Source of the DNA: Patescibacteria group bacterium
Lineage (GTDB): Bacteria; Patescibacteriota; Minisyncoccia; UBA6257; 2-01-FULL-56-20
Reading direction: 5' to 3'
Assembly: GCA_018971305.1 (NCBI GenBank)
Contig: JAGXBC010000002.1
Coordinates: 144,046 to 208,045 of the forward strand
DNA: 64,000 nucleotides
Below, piece after piece: positions 19,021 to 28,662 of the stretch (the first letter of the stretch is position 1; every line of letters begins with the position of its first letter). Made by a program: the position numbers and the translations under genes. The notes below the pieces were generated by a model. It did no database searches, was not told the origin of the DNA, and worked only from the letters and a program-made list of their open reading frames with translations.

Positions 19021-19983
19021 TTATTGTATCTTTTGCTTTTTGGCTTTCAGCGAATCATCCACCAATTTTTCAACTTCGGCGGTAAATTGGTTCTGAGTGA
19101 TTTTGCCTTTAGATAGTCGGATTTCTAGTTCCCCAAATTTTTTCTTTATCTCGGCCGGACTTTCTCCCGCAGTCCCGAATTCTTCGGCTAGCATTTTATT
19201 TGCGGTATCTTTGAATTTTCTGTAGGTTCTAGAATTGTATTGCCCTTTAAGTTCTTCAAGTTTGCGTCCGATAACATTCTCTCTTTTTTCTTCTTTCAAT
19301 CTCTCTTTAGAGAAAAGCCTATGTTCTTTTGCGAGTTCCAGGAAATTACTTTGGTTTTCTTCGTCCGCGAGAGAGATAAGAATTTCTGTTTGTTTTGGTG
19401 TTAGTCCCAAACTGGAACCGAAACTGAGCAATTGGCCAATAATATAATTCCGCTCTCTACCGCTTATTTCTTGGACATAGGTATTGTCTTTGGATTCTAT
19501 GCGATATTTGGGTTCGTTCGTGAATCGCCACAAGTCAATAAAATTCTCATCGTCTTCGTTCTCTTTCTCCTGGACCTTGGATTTATGTTTGAATTCTGGT
19601 TCTAAATCCAGCTCAGGCGCGCCATCATTATTAGTATTGTCCTCTATTAATTTTTCTGCAAATGAAAAATCTCTGGAAATATTATCTCCCAGTTTTTTGA
19701 GCAGCGATTTCTCATATAATTGCGGCCTTAAATCGGCCAATTCTCTCAGAAATAATTCCTTAATTTTTTCTATCTGTTCCGGGGGCAGACCAAGCCGCTC
19801 GTTTTTGAAGAATCCCACCAGTTCGTCTATTTTCTCCCAGTAATACAGCCGGTCGATGTAATTACTGGTCGTATCTACGATTTTTCTATATGCCGCATCC
19901 TCCAGATATTTTTTAAGATTAAGATTGCGCATTTCCGGGTATACCTCCGGTGTGCTGGGAAACTGTTCTGTTTTATTGGACAT
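19021..19983 (-). CDS. Hypothetical acidic protein (320 aa)
   Basis: Long ORF with no recognisable motif; Glu/Lys-rich. Confidence 0.4.
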   Translation of the reverse strand: MSNKTEQFPSTPEVYPEMRNLNLKKYLEDAAYRKIVDTTSNYIDRLYYWEKIDELVGFFKNERLGLPPEQIEKIKELFLRELADLRPQLYEKSLLKKLGDNISRDFSFAEKLIEDNTNNDGAPELDLEPEFKHKSKVQEKENEDDENFIDLWRFTNEPKYRIESKDNTYVQEISGRERNYIIGQLLSFGSSLGLTPKQTEILISLADEENQSNFLELAKEHRLFSKERLKEEKRENVIGRKLEELKGQYNSRTYRKFKDTANKMLAEEFGTAGESPAEIKKKFGELEIRLSKGKITQNQFTAEVEKLVDDSLKAKKQKIQ

Positions 19984-20042
19984 AAAAACTCATTCTAATT
20001 CTTTACGCGCGAAATGCCAAATTTCCGGAGATAACCTGTTCT

Positions 20043-20079
20043 GTAAAATAAAACAGCTCCGGTTTTAGCCGGAGCTGTT
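20043..20079 (-). terminator. Rho-independent terminator downstream of the RRM-protein gene
   Basis: Hairpin acagctccgg/ccggagctgt followed by a T-run on the minus strand. Confidence 0.7.
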
Positions 20080-20095
20080 TTCTCAAGAATAGCGA

Positions 20096-20422
20096 TTACC
20101 AGCGGTCTCTGTGACCACCTCCGAATCCACCGCCATTACCGCCACGGTCGTTGTCCCTGCGAGGAGGACGAGCCTCCATCGGCCGGGCTTCGTTCACCGT
20201 AAGCGAGCGTCCGCCGAAGTCTTTGCCATTCCACATTTCGATAGCCTTGTCAGCTTCTTCATCGGAAGACATTTCAACGAAACCGAATCCTTTGGAACGA
20301 CCAGAGAATTTATCTATGATTATCGTTGCTGAGGTAACGGTTCCGGCTTTGGCGAAAGCGTCCTGCAATTCCTCCTGAGTGGTGGTATAAGGCAGTCCGC
20401 CAACGTATAATTTCTTAGCCAT
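20096..20422 (-). CDS. Glycine-rich RNA-binding protein with RRM domain
   Basis: RNP-2 (LYVGGL) and RNP-1 (KGFGFVEM) motifs; Gly/Arg-rich C-terminal tail. Confidence 0.85.
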   Translation of the reverse strand: MAKKLYVGGLPYTTTQEELQDAFAKAGTVTSATIIIDKFSGRSKGFGFVEMSSDEEADKAIEMWNGKDFGGRSLTVNEARPMEARPPRRDNDRGGNGGGFGGGHRDRW

Positions 20423-20814
20423 GTTTAATTAATAATAATAAAATTAGCTTCCAGTTCTTAGCTTGGAACTTTTAGTAAATTACCTAAAAATCTTTATGTG
20501 CTAGTACTTAAAAACTATTTTGTGTAAGGCGACCAACTTCTCCCTCTGCCTCCCTCTGCGAGCCACCGCGCGTTTTTTCGCGTTTGGTCTGCTTTAGTCC
20601 GCTTATGTGAGAACACTTACAAGCAACTCTATTATAGCACCTATCGTCGGAGAACGCAAGGGGACGAGGTTGTTTGCAATAAAAAGGGCATATCTCTATA
20701 GGGGCTATAAGATTAAACAAATTTTTATTTTAATCATTAGCCAAATTATATCAGTTCCCGATTGCTTTTATCGGCGGCTTGGTGTATCATTCAATTGAAA
20801 TTTGCGGGTTCAAA

Positions 20815-20839
20815 CCCTCTTCGGTGAGGGATTTTATTT
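20815..20839 (+). terminator. Terminator-like hairpin plus T-tract on the plus strand inside the 540-bp intergenic region
   Basis: ccctc ttcggt gaggg then attttatttc; no convincing upstream CDS, so it may end a small RNA or act as a leader/attenuator for typA. Confidence 0.3.
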
Positions 20840-20964
20840 CTATGGATCCCGTTAGATATTAAGCATCTGCGGGACAAGTAGATTGTAAATACAAGAAAGA
20901 TAATATTATTCAGAATAAATTAACTAATATTACGGAAACGTAAACGTTTCCTATCTCTAACGGG

Positions 20965-22791
20965 ATGGATATAAGAAACATTGCAATTATAGCTCACGTT
21001 GACCACGGCAAAACCACGCTCGTGGATGCTTTGCTGAGGCAGTCGTTGAATTTTAGGCCGAGTGTTGATGCGCCGAAGGAACTGATTATGGATTCCAACG
21101 AACTGGAGCGCGAACGGGGGATCACTATTTTTTCCAAGAACGCGGCCGTGACCTATAAAGACGTGAAAATAAATATCGTGGACACTCCCGGCCACGCTGA
21201 TTTTGGCGGCGAGGTGGAACGGATAATGCGCATGGTGGACGGCGTGCTTTTGCTTGTGGACGCGAAAGAAGGTCCTATGCCACAGACGAAGTTTGTCTTA
21301 AGGAAGGCGATACAGGCCGGGCATAAGGTAATAGTCGTTATAAGTAAGATGGATAAGCCGGACGCGCGCCCGGAGTGGACCTTAAACGCGATTTACGATC
21401 TTTTCTTTGAGCTTGGCGCTAGCGAAGCTCAAATTGAATTCCCTGTTGTCTACACGGCGGCATCTTTAGGCAAGGCCGGATTTACTAAAAATTTGAACGA
21501 GATGCAGAACATCGAACCAATCTTTGAAACTATAATTAAATATATCCCCGCCCCAGTTGTGGACATGGAAAAGCCCTTGCAGATGCTTACGGTAAATCTC
21601 GCTTATGATAACTACAAGGGGAAGGTAGCAGTCGGCCGGCTTTATTCGGGAACCATGAAAAAGGGTATGAATGTTGCGCATATTAATCGTTCGGGAGAAA
21701 TAAAACACACCCCCCTAAGCTCTGTCATGGTTTTTGATGGTCTTGGCCGTGTTGACGTAGTTGAGGCTTTTGCGGGAGACATCGTCGCGGTGGCCGGTAT
21801 TCCCGATATCACGATAGGAGAAACCATTGCCGACGCCGAGCATCCGGTGGCGTTGCCTACGATTACCATAGATGAGCCGACGATAAAGATGACCTTCGGT
21901 GTCAACACATCTCCCTTTAAGGGCAAGGAGGGGAAATTTACTACTTCCAGAAATCTCAAGGAGCGTTTGGAGCACGAACTGGAAACTGACGTAGCGCTTT
22001 CCGTGGTGCCAACAGAGACTACCGATCGCTGGGTGGTTGCTGGCCGCGGCGAACTACACCTTTCGATTTTAATAGAAAAAATGCGCCGCGAGGGATACGA
22101 GCTGGAAGTTTCCCGCCCGCAGGTAATTTTCAAAGAAAAAGACGGCAAAAAATTGGAACCGATGGAGCTTGTGTCCGTGGAAACTCCGGAACAATATTCC
22201 GGTGCAGTTATCGAGATGATGGGCAAGCGTCTCGGGATTATGAAAGATATGCGCGTTGATAAACAAAACGTTTCCATGGATTTTGCGATTCCTACAAGAG
22301 GTCTCATCGGCGCGCGCGATAAGTTTTTGACGGCAACAAAAGGCACGGGCGTTATGAACAGTATTTTCCTCGGCTACGAGGAATATAAGGGAGAGATAAG
22401 CTCCATGCAGCACGGTTCTATAGTCGCGAGCGAGGCCGGAACTACCAACAATTACGGTTTAGTTACTGCTCAGGGACGCGGCACTTTGTTTCTTGGTCCC
22501 GGAGTGCCGGTTTATGCCGGAATGGTTGTGGGTAAGAACGCCAAAGCGGGGGACATGATCGTCCACGTTTGCCGTACACGGGCGCTTACAAACTTCCGCG
22601 CCAAAAACGAAGGATTGGGCGACCAGCTGGAGACGCCGCTTAATTTATCTCTGGAAGATTCATTGGACTATATCGGCGACGATGAACTTGTTGAGATAAC
22701 TCCTAAGAGTATTAGGATAAGAAAATTGTATCTTACGGAAAACGAGCGCAAGCGCGCCAGCTCCAGCGCCTTCAAAGAAAAGACCGGTTAA
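20965..22791 (+). CDS. typA: Translational GTPase TypA/BipA
   Basis: [23 protein letters not shown]1 motif, [11 protein letters not shown]-like domain structure, 608 aa. Confidence 0.9.
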   Translation: MDIRNIAIIAHVDHGKTTLVDALLRQSLNFRPSVDAPKELIMDSNELERERGITIFSKNAAVTYKDVKINIVDTPGHADFGGEVERIMRMVDGVLLLVDAKEGPMPQTKFVLRKAIQAGHKVIVVISKMDKPDARPEWTLNAIYDLFFELGASEAQIEFPVVYTAASLGKAGFTKNLNEMQNIEPIFETIIKYIPAPVVDMEKPLQMLTVNLAYDNYKGKVAVGRLYSGTMKKGMNVAHINRSGEIKHTPLSSVMVFDGLGRVDVVEAFAGDIVAVAGIPDITIGETIADAEHPVALPTITIDEPTIKMTFGVNTSPFKGKEGKFTTSRNLKERLEHELETDVALSVVPTETTDRWVVAGRGELHLSILIEKMRREGYELEVSRPQVIFKEKDGKKLEPMELVSVETPEQYSGAVIEMMGKRLGIMKDMRVDKQNVSMDFAIPTRGLIGARDKFLTATKGTGVMNSIFLGYEEYKGEISSMQHGSIVASEAGTTNNYGLVTAQGRGTLFLGPGVPVYAGMVVGKNAKAGDMIVHVCRTRALTNFRAKNEGLGDQLETPLNLSLEDSLDYIGDDELVEITPKSIRIRKLYLTENERKRASSSAFKEKTG

Positions 22792-22837
22792 CATAACTTA
22801 TTTTTCGGCGGGGAGTATTAGGGTTATACTTTTAGAT

Positions 22838-23215
22838 ATGGAAGGCGATATACCGAATATAATGCTTTGTCCTCAATGCCATCAGCTCGTAAAGCCGGAA
22901 TTTTATTTTTGCCCTAACTGCGGGGAAAACCTGCGCAAGACTCCGCTTTCCACTTCGGTTGGTACGCAGATATGGATGTATTTTCTTAGTATTATCATGC
23001 CCTGGGTAGCGTTTATTTTTATCGGCTACTGGCACGGTTTGAAATATCTGCGCTCGCAGGATACGAAAACAAAACAGATCGGCTTGATTGCCACGATAAT
23101 TCTTGTTGCCTCTACGCTTTTCGCTATTTGGATTTCCATTGTTTGGGTGCAGAACATATTACAAACAACGATGAGCGACCTGAATGGGGTGGGTAGTGGA
23201 CTCGGCGGTTTTTGA
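22838..23215 (+). CDS. Zinc-ribbon membrane protein (hypothetical)
   Basis: CPQCHQ...CPNCGENL zinc ribbon followed by two TM helices. Confidence 0.5.
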   Translation: MEGDIPNIMLCPQCHQLVKPEFYFCPNCGENLRKTPLSTSVGTQIWMYFLSIIMPWVAFIFIGYWHGLKYLRSQDTKTKQIGLIATIILVASTLFAIWISIVWVQNILQTTMSDLNGVGSGLGGF

Positions 23216-23333
23216 TTTGAAAGTAAAATATCTTTTTGTTATCCTATACTGGACATTCCGCGGTATGGTTTTCAGCCAGCCGGAACGAGAAATAGCGATA
23301 ACGAGAAAAATTGAAAACTAAAAACGCTCAAGC

Positions 23334-23694
23334 TCCGCGGTAGCTCAACGGTAGAGCGGCTCCCTGTCAACAAGCATTCGATAGGGCTCAGTATTGATAC
23401 TGAGCGATAGTCGAAGTATCAAAAGGCAGCCATGCGTAGTAATGCACATAGGAAAAATCGGGCTAATTCGGGGAACCCCTTTATGAAATTAAAGGGCAAT
23501 CCCGAGCTAAATTCCGAAACGAAGTTTAGGACTTGTCCTCGGCTTCGCTGAAGGATAAACGTGTAGAGACTATATACCCGAATCCCAAAACGCCTGCCTG
23601 CCGGCAGGCAGGGGATATGAGATAGTCCAGCCCTTTCGGTAACGGAAGGAAAACTGTAAGGAGAAGGTTCCTGGTTCGAATCCAGGCCGCGGAG
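23334..23694 (+). tRNA. tRNA-Asn(GUU) interrupted by a group I intron; exons 23334-23367 and 23657-23694
   Basis: 5' exon tccgcgg-ta-gctc..gagc-g-gctcc-ctgt; 3' exon taa-ggaga-aggtt-cctgg ttcgaat ccagg-ccgcgga-g; acceptor stem perfectly paired (U1-A72), discriminator G73; reconstituted anticodon loop cuGUUaa. Confidence 0.7.
23368..23656 (+). other. Group I self-splicing intron (289 nt) in the tRNA anticodon loop, inserted after U35
   Basis: Core elements in canonical order: P-like ctaattcggggaa, Q-like caatcccgagc, R-like gtagagactata, S-like gagatagtcc; 5' exon ends in U; intron ends in G (omega G, 23656). Confidence 0.65.
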
Positions 23695-23788
23695 CTTGGG
23701 TGTTTTTCTTAGATAAATCAAAGACAGATAATTCTTTGTTAGTCATGATCGGGTTGTAACCAGCATGGTAAGATGATGATATGATAAT

Positions 23789-24370
23789 ATGATAATCTTG
23801 TTTGGATATGTTTCGGCAGTTTGTATAATCTCTTCGTTCGTTCCGTATTTTGTGACCTTGTTTAAGGGGGCAACAAAACCGGAAAGAACTTCTTGGTTTC
23901 TTTGGGCATTACTTGGCGGGATAAGTTTCTTTTCTCAACTATCAAAGGGAGCAACACATTCATTATGGTTGCCCGGGATTCAAGCCTTGGGAGATTTTTT
24001 GGTCTTTATCCTTGCAATAAAATACGGCATCGGTGGGTGGAAAAAAAGGGATAAAGTTTCTCTGGTTATTGCGATGTTGAGTTTGGTTGTTTGGTATGTG
24101 ACAGGGCAGTCAGCCGTTGCACTATTTGCGGCTATTATAATTGATGCAAATGGTGTTGTTTTGACGATGATAAAGTCATATGAACTTCCCTCCACCGAGC
24201 CAATTAGCTCTTGGACCCTAACTGGGCTGAGCGGTTTCTTCGCAATATTTGCCGTTGGGCAAATAGATTGGATACTTTTGGCATTTCCGGTTTACACTTT
24301 TGTCGCTAATGTTGGAATTGTTTTATCTATTATCTTTGGGAAAAGAAATTCTAACCTGCGTTCTATATAG
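23789..24370 (+). CDS. Hypothetical polytopic membrane protein
   Basis: 193 aa with about six hydrophobic helices. Confidence 0.4.
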   Translation: MIILFGYVSAVCIISSFVPYFVTLFKGATKPERTSWFLWALLGGISFFSQLSKGATHSLWLPGIQALGDFLVFILAIKYGIGGWKKRDKVSLVIAMLSLVVWYVTGQSAVALFAAIIIDANGVVLTMIKSYELPSTEPISSWTLTGLSGFFAIFAVGQIDWILLAFPVYTFVANVGIVLSIIFGKRNSNLRSI

Positions 24371-24401
24371 ATCAAATCTCTGGTTCTGAATTTGTCGAGA
24401 T

Positions 24402-25235
24402 TTGGGAGCAATATTGTTAAAGTATATTAATATGGACGACAGAAAGCTTTTTAGTGGAACAGCTTCTTATTATGCCAAATACAGATTGGGATACCCCCAA
24501 TCATTTTTCAAGCATATCATTAAGTCATTTAATCTCGATAAAACATCGCGAGTTCTAGATTTAGGAACAGGAACCGGTCAGATAGCGATTGCTATTGCGC
24601 CATATGTAAAAGAAGTGGTTGCCATTGACCCCGACAAAGAGATGCTTAATGAGGGAGAACGGAAAGCCCGGGAGGACAATATTGAAAATATAACCTGGAT
24701 TAAATCGAGGGCCGAAGATGTCTCTAAAGACTTGGGTTTTTTCAGTTTAACTACGATTGGAACTGCATTTCACTGGATGGAAAATCAAAAGGTAGTTGAT
24801 ATTGTGTACGACGTTACTATAAAAGGCGGAGGCATTGCCATAGTATCCAATATTTCTCCTCTTACAGGAACGGAATCAATCCAAAAAGACGAACCATGGG
24901 TTTCAACGATTTGGGACACGATAAGGGAATTTCTGGGAGAGCGAAGGCGCGCCGGCAATTCTTATTATCAAGTATCCGGAGAAAGGTTCGAAGATATTTT
25001 AACTAGCTCGAAATTCTCTCGCTTTCAGACGTGGAATGATACTTATACCAACACAAGGAATATTGAGAACATCGTCGCATTCCTCGGTTCGACTTCCTTT
25101 GCTGCCAGAAGACTCTTCGGCAATCGTATCAATGAATTTGAAAAAATATTGACCGAACGGCTTTTAGAGATTAACCCCGCCGGCAATTTTAAGGAAGTAG
25201 TTGCGGTGGAAGCATTGTTGGCTTGGAAAGATTAA
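24402..25235 (+). CDS. Class I SAM-dependent methyltransferase
   Basis: Motif I VLDLGTGTGQIAIAIA; the start is possibly the Met at 24432. Confidence 0.7.
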   Translation: MGAILLKYINMDDRKLFSGTASYYAKYRLGYPQSFFKHIIKSFNLDKTSRVLDLGTGTGQIAIAIAPYVKEVVAIDPDKEMLNEGERKAREDNIENITWIKSRAEDVSKDLGFFSLTTIGTAFHWMENQKVVDIVYDVTIKGGGIAIVSNISPLTGTESIQKDEPWVSTIWDTIREFLGERRRAGNSYYQVSGERFEDILTSSKFSRFQTWNDTYTNTRNIENIVAFLGSTSFAARRLFGNRINEFEKILTERLLEINPAGNFKEVVAVEALLAWKD

Positions 25236-25361
25236 CGCTAAGAATATTAGATATTTCTTGCCGCGTGATTTAAGCTGAAAAAATATTAATTCATATATCT
25301 ATAAAAATAAAATAACCCGGTCTTCCCGAGCCATTTTATTTTCCAAGAACACGCTGCAGCC

Positions 25362-25850
25362 TTACTCGTTCGTATCTGCCGATGGTCCATAAATAACAGG
25401 AACCTTGCCGCCCATCGGTCGGATGTAGGTTGAAAGCTGTCCGCGGTGGTGGATAAGGTCCAAGAGAAATCCGATGGCGAATTTCCCCTTGGTCGTTTTC
25501 CAGGCCTCCTTGCCGTCCATAATCATCTTGGCTTCGGATGACCAGTCGCTATCCGCCATGGTGCTCGCGATTGCTTGCGCATCGCCAAGGCCGGATTTCA
25601 TTTCGTCCGACAATCCTGCGAAGGTTGTCGCGGATGCCGCCGGGGCGGTGCCGAAATCGAGAGCACCGGTTTTTAAGAAAACCGAGAACATTTTCGCTTC
25701 GCTCGCAATAACTCCGGCGAGCTCCATTGCCGTACGGGCCTTGGGATCCGGTCTATAATCGGATTTATCTTGCGGCAGGGCTTTAAAAATTTTTTCAAAC
25801 CGGGGAATCTCGTCGGCAACCGTGGCTACAAATAATTCTTTATCTGTCAT
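25362..25850 (-). CDS. Hypothetical protein (possibly DinB/YfiT-like helical bundle)
   Basis: 162 aa; weak resemblance only. Confidence 0.3.
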   Translation of the reverse strand: MTDKELFVATVADEIPRFEKIFKALPQDKSDYRPDPKARTAMELAGVIASEAKMFSVFLKTGALDFGTAPAASATTFAGLSDEMKSGLGDAQAIASTMADSDWSSEAKMIMDGKEAWKTTKGKFAIGFLLDLIHHRGQLSTYIRPMGGKVPVIYGPSADTNE

Positions 25851-25911
25851 ATTTTTTAAACTGTTAGTTTAATGTCAGCGACCTTTCGGACTTATATTCT
25901 AACATTTATTA

Positions 25912-26292
25912 TTGACCCTTGAAATTGGTCATATCGCCCCTTTAAACAAGGGATATTTTAATTCGGCGATGCCTTTGCCGTATTTCCAAAAGTTAGTCCA
26001 CAGGGTAGCTATGGTCGTTTATTGTATAATTAAATGCATGAATATCCCACAAGATTTCGTTTCGCAGGAGTCGAGAGGGTTTAAATTTAAAATCGGTCGT
26101 TATATCGCCTCATCCCTTTCCGGGTTTGTTGCCGGAGTAATAGCGGCGAGCATTATTTGGTTTGGGGTTCTTTGGGTTACAAATTTGTACGGTAATTTAG
26201 GACCAAATAATACCTCATGGTTCGGTTTAAGAAATACTGTATGTGCAACAAAAGCTGCTCCACTCGCACCCGCTGCCGCATCAACGAAATAA
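25912..26292 (+). CDS. Hypothetical membrane protein
   Basis: ORF with one or two TM segments; weak. Confidence 0.25.
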   Translation: MTLEIGHIAPLNKGYFNSAMPLPYFQKLVHRVAMVVYCIIKCMNIPQDFVSQESRGFKFKIGRYIASSLSGFVAGVIAASIIWFGVLWVTNLYGNLGPNNTSWFGLRNTVCATKAAPLAPAAASTK

Positions 26293-26365
26293 TTTATAAA
26301 ATCGATTATCGCCTACTTGGGAAAAGATTGGCCCACCGGGAATAGATAACCCAAATCCGATCTGA

Positions 26366-27205
26366 TTGCAGCCGTCCTATCGGGCGGCTTTTGATTTAAG
26401 CATTGAAGATGTATTGCCACGATGTCCGCTGGAACTGTATAATATTGATATGAAACTTATAAAGAAACTCATTCCGTTCCTTATAATATTTTCTACCGTT
26501 TTTTATTTTATTAGATCAAGCGACGAATACAATATTCGTGTTCTTGTCGCAAACAATGACGGAGTGCCATGGCTCTATGCCGTTGTCGGTACAATTTTCG
26601 GTGTTCTAGCAGCTTTCGCTATCCAAAAAGAATGGGTAAAATGGGACGCGTTGACCGAAGCTGTGCGCGGCGAAGTAGACGGGCTTGAAAAGATGTATCT
26701 TTGGTCAAGCCACTTCCCGATAAAGATCAAAGATAAGATACACAGACATATCAAGACCTATTTGGATCTTGTAATCCGTGAAGGGTGGGATCGTAACAAG
26801 GAAGGGGAAAGGAGCCAGGAGGTTGATGACGTTATGGAGGGTTTGAATATGAGTATTTATGAAATTTTCGATGAGGCTCCGCAACTTGTTCCGACATCAT
26901 TCGCGCTATTCTCAAATATTCTTGGACACCGTTCGTCGCGCTTGGAATACAGCCGCGAGCACATCCCGCCTCTTTTAAAAAACACCCTTCAGTTTTCTGC
27001 CTTTCTCCTTATCGGTCTTTCTATGTTTATCGCCATCAAAGATTTTTGGCTGGCGTTTTTGTTTACGGCGAGTATCGCGAGCCTTGCCTTCTCTATTTTC
27101 TTGGTATTAGTTGACCTTGAGAATCCATTAATGCCCGGTGATTGGCATATTACCACCAAGGACTACGAAGCCTTACTTAAAAAAATCACAACCATTCACT
27201 CGTGA
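26366..27205 (+). CDS. Hypothetical membrane protein (N- and C-terminal TM helices)
   Basis: The start is likely the Met at 26450 (MKLIKKLIPFLIIF...). Confidence 0.4.
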   Translation: MQPSYRAAFDLSIEDVLPRCPLELYNIDMKLIKKLIPFLIIFSTVFYFIRSSDEYNIRVLVANNDGVPWLYAVVGTIFGVLAAFAIQKEWVKWDALTEAVRGEVDGLEKMYLWSSHFPIKIKDKIHRHIKTYLDLVIREGWDRNKEGERSQEVDDVMEGLNMSIYEIFDEAPQLVPTSFALFSNILGHRSSRLEYSREHIPPLLKNTLQFSAFLLIGLSMFIAIKDFWLAFLFTASIASLAFSIFLVLVDLENPLMPGDWHITTKDYEALLKKITTIHS

Positions 27206-27340
27206 GGGATATTTGCCGTCGTTGCAAGCGTGATTTGCCGAAACGATCAAATAAATATGTCACAAGTTTTTTTACCTGACTACAGAAACAAGCGGGGAAG
27301 CAATGGTTGTCCCGGATTTTTTATTACAACTTCTGAATAA

Positions 27341-27382
27341 GAAAAAAATTGGGCGGAGGTTTTTGACCCCGCCCCTTTTATT
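27341..27382. terminator. Bidirectional terminator hairpin gggcgg...ccgccc flanked by A- and T-runs
   Basis: Sits between convergent genes. Confidence 0.6.
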
Positions 27383-27920
27383 GGCAACAGATGTCGATCG
27401 ACAATTCTTCTAATGGATTCACGCGCAAGACAGAATCGAATATATTCTCTTTCTCTATCTCCTGCGCGTGAAAATTTCTATAGTGATCCAAGTAGGAATT
27501 CATTCTTTCTTGCAGGTGCATTCCTTCCCATCGTTCTTGGAAATCAATTTGTCCCCGCTGGACGCACCATTTAAGACATACTTCCTCCGGAGTAACGAAA
27601 TACCAGGATTCAATTATGGTTGCTCCTAGTCCTCTGAGATTTTCCGCAATTTCTTGGCGTGCGCGTTTTGATCCGTTCCAGGCATCTAAAATTATGGTTA
27701 TAGGGTCATTAGAAAGGTGACTCTCTACCATTGTCCACAACCTTTCCCATCCTTTCTCATGGCCTCCAGAATGAGGGTAGAGCCAGGTATTTCCGAAGAG
27801 TTCCACAAGAATAGCATCCCGGTTTACCAGGGCAAAATCATTGCGAGCGGAAATAATTTTGTTACAAAAGGTTGATTTCCCTGCATATTGCGGGCCAACC
27901 GTTACCACAACACGCTTCAT
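27378..27920 (-). CDS. P-loop kinase (AAA_33/polynucleotide-kinase-like NTPase)
   Basis: Walker A VTVGPQYAGKSTF at the N-terminus; 180 aa. Confidence 0.5.
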   Translation of the reverse strand: MKRVVVTVGPQYAGKSTFCNKIISARNDFALVNRDAILVELFGNTWLYPHSGGHEKGWERLWTMVESHLSNDPITIILDAWNGSKRARQEIAENLRGLGATIIESWYFVTPEEVCLKWCVQRGQIDFQERWEGMHLQERMNSYLDHYRNFHAQEIEKENIFDSVLRVNPLEELSIDICCQ

Positions 27921-28054
27921 CTGTCACCCCCTATGTTTATTTTCTGTTATTGAAAATACAATTATGCGAAGCATTATGTCAAGTTGGTATCCCGAGACCC
28001 ACCTGAAAATCATAGCCACTTTATGCAATCATAGGACTACCCTATAATGAACTC

Positions 28055-28591
28055 ATGTATCTTTGGTTTTTAATAATCGGCACATTCATTCCTCAGGAGT
28101 TTTTATCTACCGGAGCTGTTCTGCTTTTGGCTCGGCAGACAAATTTTCCTATAATTTTTATCCACCTTATTTGGTTCGGAGCAACATTTATAGATATGTA
28201 TGTAGGTTATATTTTGGGGAATCTCTTGCGTAACAGCATGTCTCATACGGCTCTTGTCGAGCGCGTGAATAAATGGTCGGAGGCGTTAAAGTCCAGACTC
28301 GGTGAGCACGGGGAGAAATTGTCGTTGTTTATTCTGGGATTCATGAACTTCCCTTACTTGAACACCTTTCTTGCTTCTTGGCTTAAAATACCCATGACAA
28401 CAGCATTCGCTTTTACCTTCCTGGGAAATTTTTTATGGTACGTAATTCTTTGGGCCACGGTGTTCGGAGCGGCTGTTCTGGTTCCAAGTCAAAGGATGGT
28501 TTTATTTATAGTAATTATAGCCGGCGTGGTATCCAGTTTTTTCTTTAAATTTTTTTCCCGCTATTTCCGAAAAAAGAGGGCTAAAAAATAA
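28055..28591 (+). CDS. Hypothetical integral membrane protein
   Basis: 178 aa, about five TM helices. Confidence 0.4.
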   Translation: MYLWFLIIGTFIPQEFLSTGAVLLLARQTNFPIIFIHLIWFGATFIDMYVGYILGNLLRNSMSHTALVERVNKWSEALKSRLGEHGEKLSLFILGFMNFPYLNTFLASWLKIPMTTAFAFTFLGNFLWYVILWATVFGAAVLVPSQRMVLFIVIIAGVVSSFFFKFFSRYFRKKRAKK

Positions 28592-28662
28592 TACGAGGTT
28601 TCTATCAATTAATATAGGCGATTTGAATCTTTCCTAGCTATTGATAAGATTAAGTTAATCCT

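Noticed and set aside
20508-20798. Small ORFs (70 aa on the minus strand, 63 aa on the plus strand) in the 540-bp intergenic region
   Set aside because: No RBS and odd composition; the region is better explained as UTR or small-RNA space.
21642-22346. 234-aa antisense ORF inside typA, plus other antisense ORFs inside ftsZ (16350-17067), nrdJ, leuS and elsewhere
   Set aside because: Low-complexity Ser/Pro/Arg-rich translations typical of the reverse strand of real genes; the sense-strand genes have unmistakable family motifs.
23419-23721. 100-aa ORF on the minus strand overlapping the tRNA-Asn intron
   Set aside because: Lies antisense within a structured group I intron and tRNA exon; no motif; the intron is too short (289 nt) to host a homing endonuclease gene.
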